From IMG/VR virus record IMGVR_UViG_3300029700_000120, positions 9,693 to 14,813 of that record: a stretch of 5,121 nt of DNA. One strand, written 5' to 3'. Positions 1 to 3,502 of the stretch are shown piece by piece. Numbering within the stretch: the first letter of the stretch is position 1; each line of letters starts with the position of its first letter. This DNA is from a virus. The position numbers and the translations under genes are program-made. Below the pieces are notes generated by a model. The model ran no database searches. It was not told where the DNA came from and was given only the letters and a program-made list of their open reading frames with translations.

Positions 1-1138
1 CACTGAACATACCCTTTAGTCCCTGTCCCAATTCTCTCTTATGTTCCATGCTTATATGACCGTAAATGTTCATTGTAGTGCTAATATCCGCATGTCCAAG
101 CCATTCTGATATATCTTTCATATTCCACCCTCTGAGAATAAGCATCGATGCACAACTATGACGCAAATCATGAAATCTAATGTGCGGAAGCTCATTTTTC
201 TTTAAAACTTTTTGCAACTCGTGGCTAGGATAACTTGGATAATACGGTGTACCATCTTCTTTTGCAAAAATATATCCACTATCAGAATAACAATTTTTAA
301 AAAAATCTTTATTCTTTTTTTGTTTTTCTAACAGTTTTTCTAACAATGGCTTCACATCATCCAAAAGAGGATATACGCGATTACTTGTTTTATTTTTAGT
401 AGAATCTTTGGCAACCACTTGATTTTGCAGAACAACCGTATGCTGAATTACTATGGTATTATTCTCAAAGTCGACTGCATCCCACCGTAACCCCATAAGT
501 TCGCTCCGCCTTAACCCGTATATAATAGTCATATATAACATATCGTGCAACATTGTACTTTTAGAAACTTCAAGCAACCTATTACACTGTTCCACTGTGT
601 AAAATGAAGGTTTTACAGTGGTTTTCTGCATTTTAGGCAATCTTGCGTACTGACATGGATTATCTCTTATTAGTTCTTCACGAATGGCTTTCTTAAAAAT
701 CAAACTTAATATTGTACCGTGAATTTTTAGAGTTCTACATGATAATCCGCCAGGTTTACCATCTAACCTTCCCGTAACCGCCTTATAATTATAATATTTT
801 TCAATATCTGCTATCTTCACATCTTGTAGCATTAAATTCTTTTGTTCAAAATACGGGATTAAATGGTTTTCCGTATCGGTTTTATATCCTTCGTATGTAA
901 CAATATCAACTTGCGTAATCACTTCTTTAAGCCACTTTTTTATGTATCCCACAAAGTCAATTTTATCAAACATATTGGGATTTTCATTATACTCCGCTAA
1001 TAATCTTGTCAAAGCCGCTTCGGCTTCTCGCTTATTACCTTTCTTTGCATCAATATAGAGATTTATCCATTTTTGCTTTTTATTAACACGGAATACTGCG
1101 TAATATTTTCCGCCCTTTTTCTGTAGACTACCTCTCAT
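1..1138 (-). CDS. int: Tyrosine recombinase / site-specific integrase (phage-integrase, Tn916-Int-like); the C-terminal end runs off the left edge
   Basis: Not in the ORF track because there is no stop in the window. My reverse-complement translation from ATG (1138-1136) is open for 379 codons down to position 2: MRGSLQKKGGKYYAVFRVNKKQKWINLYIDAKKGNKREAEAALTRLLAEY...IYGHISMEHKRELGQGLKGMFS. The catalytic signature is present in the canonical order: YGLRRSELMGLRWDAVDF (Arg), HDLRHSCASML (His-x-x-Arg), GHADISTTMNIYGH (His plus Tyr nucleophile). GGAGG (rc of 1147-1151) lies 8 nt upstream of the ATG. Confidence 0.93.
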   Translation of the reverse strand, partial: MRGSLQKKGGKYYAVFRVNKKQKWINLYIDAKKGNKREAEAALTRLLAEYNENPNMFDKIDFVGYIKKWLKEVITQVDIVTYEGYKTDTENHLIPYFEQKNLMLQDVKIADIEKYYNYKAVTGRLDGKPGGLSCRTLKIHGTILSLIFKKAIREELIRDNPCQYARLPKMQKTTVKPSFYTVEQCNRLLEVSKSTMLHDMLYMTIIYGLRRSELMGLRWDAVDFENNTIVIQHTVVLQNQVVAKDSTKNKTSNRVYPLLDDVKPLLEKLLEKQKKNKDFFKNCYSDSGYIFAKEDGTPYYPSYPSHELQKVLKKNELPHIRFHDLRHSCASMLILRGWNMKDISEWLGHADISTTMNIYGHISMEHKRELGQGLKGMFS

Positions 1139-1217
1139 ATGTCATTCCTCCTTAACTTCGGTAGTCTGCTGACAATATTATTTTATCATCAACAGCCTAC
1201 TTTATCAACATATTTTT

Positions 1218-1412
1218 TTAAAGTTGTACTCCTTTTAAATACTCAATCACTCCGAATTTAGGAATTATATATTTCTTGCCCAGTCTACGATTGGGTATAT
1301 CGTTGTTTTTTAATAATTTATACGCTGTATTCTTACCGATGTTAAGAATTTCGCACAAATCTTTAATATTTATCACATCTTTATACTCTTCCAACAAATA
1401 TATCACATCCAT
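1218..1412 (-). CDS. xis: Excisionase-type helix-turn-helix DNA-binding protein (HTH_17/MerR-like excisionase family), 64 aa
   Basis: ORF-track protein. INIKDLCEILNIGKNTAYKLLKNNDIPNRRLGKKYIIPKFGVIEYL fits the excisionase-family HTH pattern (HTH followed by G-K/R-x-x-x-I-P wing). It sits 79 nt upstream of int on the same strand, the canonical xis-int order. The SD is weak (GAACGAGA). Confidence 0.78.
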   Translation of the reverse strand: MDVIYLLEEYKDVINIKDLCEILNIGKNTAYKLLKNNDIPNRRLGKKYIIPKFGVIEYLKGVQL

Positions 1413-1493
1413 TCTCGTTCACAAATTAAATATTTTAACCCTTTTTCAGTGTACAATAAGTTTATACGTTCAAAAAACATTAAAATATCTAAG

Positions 1494-1612
1494 CTACACG
1501 AACGGCAATTTGCAAAATTGCTCCATAGGATTTTCACCTTCCCGGCGCTGCCCGGACTGCCCCCGATGCTTGCATACACGCCCTTAAAGCGCGGTCTACG
1601 GCTAGGCAGAAG
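1494..1612 (-). ncRNA. Candidate structured RNA (unclassified): GC-rich 5' leader upstream of xis-int
   Basis: 49/75 G+C by hand count over 1536-1610, in AT-rich surroundings. Minus-sense helices: 1605-1609/1557-1561; 1589-1593/1577-1581; 1566-1575 small hairpin; 1552-1556/1541-1545; 1527-1539 (AGG-UGAAAAU-CCU); 1515-1521/1505-1511. Two wobble positions are G.U only in the minus sense. It starts about 7 nt after an extended -10 element. No SD-supported ORF covers it. Confidence 0.35.
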
Positions 1613-1616
1613 TATC

Positions 1617-1647
1617 ATTATACCAATATGACGTCTTGACCATTCAA
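1617..1647 (-). promoter_or_regulatory. Putative sigma-A promoter with extended -10, reading toward xis-int
   Basis: TGGTATAAT is the rc of 1617-1625, a perfect TGnTATAAT. The nearest -35-like hexamer, TTGAAT (rc of 1642-1647), is at a long 19-nt spacing, so the call rests on the extended -10. Confidence 0.5.
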
Positions 1648-1808
1648 ACTTGCAATTTGATTTTTACTAGTGATATTTATCGCTCGACTACCTCTATGCA
1701 GTGTCTTGGCGTATCAAGTATAAGGCTCTTCCATATTGGAATGTATCCGTTTGCTCTTTATTATGCTACAGCGTTGTCTTCTGTGCTTTCTTTGTACATG
1801 AAAGGATT

Positions 1809-2153
1809 TTATTTATACGTAATAATATTTTTTGTAAACTTTGTAATGATACCACAAATGATTCTTCGCTCATCATTAGCAGATTTCTTTATCAGAGAGT
1901 AAAGACACTCTTCCTCTTCATCTGTAAGATAGTTTTTATAGCTTCTGTATTCAGGCAATATATAAACCCCACCTTGATTACCTTGTTTCGTATAAACAGG
2001 AGCAATGCCACTGAGATAAACTATATCTCTGTCGATTGTATCTGTAGAAACATTAAATTCTGTCGCCAATTCGCATCGAGTTGATTGCTTTTTCTGGACA
2101 AGGAATTCGAGTATTTTTGTTCTTCTTTCGCTCACACATAATTTATCCCTCAC
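1809..2153 (-). CDS. Winged-helix transcriptional regulator, DeoR/HTH_11-type N-terminal domain (YafY/BirA-N-like), about 114 aa
   Basis: SERRTKILEFLVQKKQSTRCELATEFNVSTDTIDRDIVYLSGIAPVYTKQGNQGGVYI matches the HTH_11/DeoR pattern (R-x-x-x-I-L-x-x-L ... S-x-x-T-I-x-R-D-I ... G-x-x-G-G-x-Y-I/L). I prefer GTG at 2153 because AGGAGG (rc of 2162-2167) lies 8 nt upstream. The ORF-track start (GTG at 2186, preceded by GGAG-5 nt) is an alternative. Confidence 0.8.
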   Translation of the reverse strand: MRDKLCVSERRTKILEFLVQKKQSTRCELATEFNVSTDTIDRDIVYLSGIAPVYTKQGNQGGVYILPEYRSYKNYLTDEEEECLYSLIKKSANDERRIICGIITKFTKNIITYK

Positions 2154-2176
2154 GTTGCTCCCCTCCTTTCGGGAGC

Positions 2177-2185
2177 AGTATACCA
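2177..2185 (-). promoter_or_regulatory. Putative extended -10 promoter for the HTH_11 regulator gene
   Basis: TGGTATACT is the rc of 2177-2185 (TGnTATACT). There is no convincing -35. It would give a short leader of about 17 nt that includes the AGGAGG SD. Confidence 0.4.
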
Positions 2186-2186
2186 C

Positions 2187-2243
2187 TCAAACTCCGCAAA
2201 TTTTTCCGAGTTTGAAAAAATAATTCTGAAAGTTTCAAACTTT
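2187..2243. promoter_or_regulatory. Cluster of TCAAACT/AGTTTGA half-sites (candidate operators) just upstream of the regulator promoter
   Basis: 8-bp inverted repeat TCAAACTC (2187-2194) / GAGTTTGA (2208-2215) with a 13-nt spacer. Palindrome AAAGTTT-C-AAACTTT at 2229-2243. The 7-mer TCAAACT occurs at 2187, 2235 and as rc at 2209, and again at 1644 over the -35 region of the xis-int leader promoter. Confidence 0.4.
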
Positions 2244-2321
2244 TTTTCATTATCTTAGTCCTTTTCCTCTTTTTTTGAAAAAGACCTCATTGGCGGTGCT
2301 CTCATAAGACATTCAAAGACT

Positions 2322-2349
2322 AAAAAAACACGATTTTTTTCAATCGTGT
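2322..2349 (-). terminator. Rho-independent terminator (minus sense)
   Basis: Minus-sense ACACGAUU-GAAAAA-AAUCGUGU (arms 2342-2349 / 2328-2335), followed by UUUUUU (rc of 2322-2327). There is no U-tail in the plus sense. Confidence 0.7.
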
Positions 2350-2453
2350 CAGCCGTATTCGTGTATATACGCTTTGATTGTTCACGTGCGAGTTTTAAAT
2401 CAGCTAAAATAAGCACATTGATTTTTTTAATAAATCATTCCCCATATGTTTTG

Positions 2454-2492
2454 CAAACAATAAAACCCCTCCAAGAAACTAAGCTTGAGGAG
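2454..2492 (-). terminator. Terminator/attenuator-like hairpin with U-tract (it also has a T5 tail in the plus sense)
   Basis: Arms 2466-2475 / 2484-2492 with one bulge (2471). Position 2467/2491 is G.U in the minus sense and C.A in the plus sense. The minus-sense tail is UUUUAUUGUUUG (rc of 2454-2465). The plus-sense tail is TTTTT (2493-2497). Confidence 0.5.
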
Positions 2493-2507
2493 TTTTTACA
2501 ATCAAAT

Positions 2508-2544
2508 AAGCCTCATCAAACCATCGTTTTTTTTGATGAAGCTT
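2508..2544 (-). promoter_or_regulatory. 13-bp hairpin (attenuator-like, weak U-tract)
   Basis: Arms 2508-2520 / 2532-2544 with an 11-nt loop. The single imperfect position, 2512/2540, is G.U in the minus sense and C.A in the plus sense. The minus-sense tail AUUUGAUUGU is only moderately U-rich. Confidence 0.4.
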
Positions 2545-2558
2545 TATGCTGCTTCTGA

Positions 2559-2583
2559 ATTATAACTTCGTTCTATCACGAAG
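2559..2583 (-). promoter_or_regulatory. Possible minus-strand -10 (TATAAT) abutted by a perfect 6-6-6 palindrome (candidate operator)
   Basis: TATAAT is the rc of 2559-2564. CTTCGT-TCTATC-ACGAAG occupies 2566-2583, which is the spacer/-35 position of that promoter. No good -35 hexamer and no TG extension, so promoter confidence is low. Confidence 0.3.
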
Positions 2584-2648
2584 CATTTAATCGTGTTAAT
2601 TTCACAGAAAACATTGTAAACTATATGTGGAGGTGAATTTTCAGTGCT

Positions 2649-2978
2649 ATGAAACACGATATTTTAGGCGAACAAATAAAAAATGCCCGACTACATAAAG
2701 GGATATCACAAGAACAACTTGCAGAAATGTTGAATTGTAGTTCACGCCATATTATGGCGATAGAAAATGAAAATAAAAAACCCGGATACTGGTTGCTTTA
2801 TAATCTTATACGAACTCTAAACATTCCTGCTGATACGATTTTTTATCCCGAACGACACAACATGCCACATAAAATGGATATTGCCATTGACGAACTGGTA
2901 AATATGCTATATCTGTGTGATGAAAAGACAATACACGCAATAACTGCCGCTGTTCAGGAAATAATCAAGTCCGAATGA
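2649..2978 (+). CDS. XRE-family (HTH_3, Cro/CI-type) transcriptional regulator, 109 aa
   Basis: LGEQIKNARLHKGISQEQLAEMLNCSSRHIMAIENENKKPGYWLLYNLIRTLNIPADTIF is a textbook HTH_3 pattern (G-x-S-Q-E-x-L-A ... S-x-x-x-I-x-x-I-E-N). The start is fixed by an in-frame TGA at 2634-2636. The GGAGG core (2629-2633) is an unusually long 15 nt from the ATG. Confidence 0.9.
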   Translation: MKHDILGEQIKNARLHKGISQEQLAEMLNCSSRHIMAIENENKKPGYWLLYNLIRTLNIPADTIFYPERHNMPHKMDIAIDELVNMLYLCDEKTIHAITAAVQEIIKSE

Positions 2979-2979
2979 A

Positions 2980-3001
2980 GAAGCGCACATCAGTGCGCTT
3001 C
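2980..3001. terminator. Shared hairpin between convergent genes (terminator-like, weak U-tracts)
   Basis: Perfect 9-bp stem GAAGCGCAC (2980-2988) / GTGCGCTTC (2993-3001) with loop ATCA. It starts 2 nt after the XRE stop and ends 4 nt before the stop of the 94-aa ORF. The flanks are only weakly T-rich in either sense. Confidence 0.55.
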
Positions 3002-3004
3002 CTT

Positions 3005-3289
3005 CTAAAGCACTCCTAATCTTTTGAGTAACTTTACACAATCTTTTACGCCTTGTTCATACAAGAACGCACAGTCTTTATCCGCTAAAGCCGCATGCTT
3101 TGCAATATATAAATTTATTATATCGGCTTTCCCAGCTGACAATTCTGATAACACCGACTGCACTTTGCTTCCCAATTGTGTCAATTCTGTGTTAATTTCT
3201 TTGTATTCCTTGTTTTTCATTCGATAATGACTCAGTTTATGTTCTGTAATTTCATCAATTACCATTGAAATCAATTCCTGTTCAGTCAT
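3005..3289 (-). CDS. Hypothetical small, predicted all-helical protein, 94 aa
   Basis: ORF-track protein rich in heptad-like E/K/L. It has its own near-consensus promoter and an AGGAGG (rc of 3302-3307) 12 nt upstream of the ATG. I cannot assign a family. The layout loosely recalls small helical ORFs common on Firmicutes mobile elements. Confidence 0.7.
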   Translation of the reverse strand: MTEQELISMVIDEITEHKLSHYRMKNKEYKEINTELTQLGSKVQSVLSELSAGKADIINLYIAKHAALADKDCAFLYEQGVKDCVKLLKRLGVL

Positions 3290-3321
3290 AATAAATATCT
3301 GCCTCCTGTTGATTCATATTG

Positions 3322-3350
3322 ATTATATAATTCCCCGAAAAATTTGTAAA
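3322..3350 (-). promoter_or_regulatory. Near-consensus sigma-A promoter for the 94-aa ORF
   Basis: Minus sense: TTTACA (rc of 3345-3350), 17 nt, TATAAT (rc of 3322-3327). The predicted leader of about 25 nt contains the SD. Confidence 0.7.
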
Positions 3351-3404
3351 TAATTCTGGAAATAATGGTAGTATTCTACGGAAAAAGTGGTTATGTACAT
3401 CTTC

Positions 3405-3446
3405 TATGTAAACACAAAACCGACACCATTAGCCTGATGTCGGTTT
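3405..3446 (-). terminator. Rho-independent terminator downstream of the secreted-protein gene
   Basis: Arms 3417-3428 / 3435-3446 give a 12-bp stem with a GC-rich core CCGACA/UGUCGG and loop 3429-3434. Position 3426/3437 is G.U only in the minus sense. The minus-sense tail is UGUGUUUACAU, directly after the terminal UUU of the stem. It lies 57 nt past the stop at 3503. Confidence 0.7.
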
Positions 3447-3502
3447 CATCTTTCAATTTTTTATCTGTTTACTGTTTTATAAACCATCTGACGTCATCTT
3501 TG

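Larger units (their letters stand above)
2322..2552 (-). ncRNA. Candidate ~230-nt structured minus-sense transcript or attenuator leader (unclassified), divergent from the XRE gene
   Basis: Bounded by TATAAT (rc of 2559-2564) and a canonical minus-sense intrinsic terminator (2322-2349). It contains hairpins 2508-2544 and 2466-2492 plus AU-rich hairpins at 2419-2437 and 2371-2404. Mismatch positions are G.U only in the minus sense. The only listed ORF here (2346-2558, plus) has no SD. Confidence 0.3.

Noticed and set aside
1139-1217. Direct repeat ATCAACA (1188-1194 and 1204-1210) in the xis-int spacer, considered as recombinase arm-type sites
   Set aside because: It is only a 7-mer repeated twice in AT-rich DNA, located between two co-transcribed genes rather than at an element end. 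That is within chance expectation.
1527-1565. Local resemblance of GGGAAGGUGAAAAUCC / UCGGGGGCAG to cobalamin and FMN riboswitch cores, and of AGUCCGGGC and GUCCGG..GGAAGG to RNase P and SRP RNA
   Set aside because: Only short k-mers match. The remaining obligatory elements are absent: the B12 box and CCCGC-ACUGU, the six-helix RFN architecture, the RNase P P4 partners, and the SRP GGAA tetraloop with symmetric loops. The genomic context (xis-int) does not fit any of them. Only a covariance-model search could change this.
1276-1631. ORF-track ORFs 1276-1587 (+), 1403-1618 (-) and 1449-1631 (+) crossing the xis gene and the GC-rich island
   Set aside because: No SD before any start. The 1403-1618 start ATG sits inside the TATAAT box. 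The products are low-complexity (…PSRRPRFKGVYASIGGSPGSAGK…, …FPALPGLPPMLAYTPLKRGLRLGRS…) with no recognisable motif. 1276-1587 is antisense to the well-supported xis gene. An RNA or regulatory reading explains the region better.
1636-2084. ORFs 1636-1902 (+) and 1701-2084 (+), including a hydrophobic 53-aa sub-ORF from ATG 1741 (MYPFALYYATALSSVLSLYMKGFYLYVIIFFVNFVMIPQ…) considered as a type I toxin
   Set aside because: They are largely antisense to the HTH_11 gene, and antisense of AT-rich K/E/N-rich coding sequence routinely yields F/L/I-rich pseudo-peptides. There is no SD upstream of 1741. The possible plus-strand promoter (TTGCAA 1650-1655 / TATTTA 1674-1679) is weak. There is no paired antitoxin-RNA architecture that I can support.
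2157-2176. Hairpin GCUCCC-GAAAGGAG-GGGAGC that would sequester the SD of the HTH_11 regulator gene
   Set aside because: If transcription starts from the adjacent TGGTATACT (-10 ends at 2177), the 5' arm (2171-2176) lies at or upstream of the predicted start site and would not be in the mRNA. It would only matter for read-through transcripts from upstream. The stem is only 6 bp.
2143-2250. 35-codon minus-strand ORF (MKKSLKLSELFFQTRKNLRSLSGILLPKGGEQREG) with an AAGGA about 8 nt upstream, overlapping the regulator start
   Set aside because: It runs straight through the operator-like repeats and the predicted promoter. It begins in an A7 run, has no recognisable features, and its reading frame is most simply a by-product of the palindromic AT-rich DNA.
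2404-2460. 18-codon minus-strand ORF (TTG start; MFAKHMGNDLLKKSMCLF) 5-7 nt after GGAGGGG, considered as a signalling peptide or small toxin
   Set aside because: The SD-like GGAGGGG is the 3' arm of the terminator-like hairpin 2466-2492. The start is TTG. The peptide has neither a signal sequence nor a hydrophobic helix. There is no RRNPP-type receptor (the XRE protein is only 109 aa with no TPR region).
2346-2558. ORF-track ORF 2346-2558 (+), 70 aa
   Set aside because: GTG start with no SD (preceded by TTTTTTTCAATC). It spans two terminator-like hairpins. The product is unstructured-looking and has no motif. The G.U asymmetry indicates the functional strand here is minus.
3024-3227. ORF 3024-3227 (+), and likewise 4573-4794 (-)
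   Set aside because: These are shadow ORFs lying entirely inside better-supported genes: antisense to the 94-aa ORF, and out of frame within the secreted-protein gene, respectively. Neither has an SD or motif.
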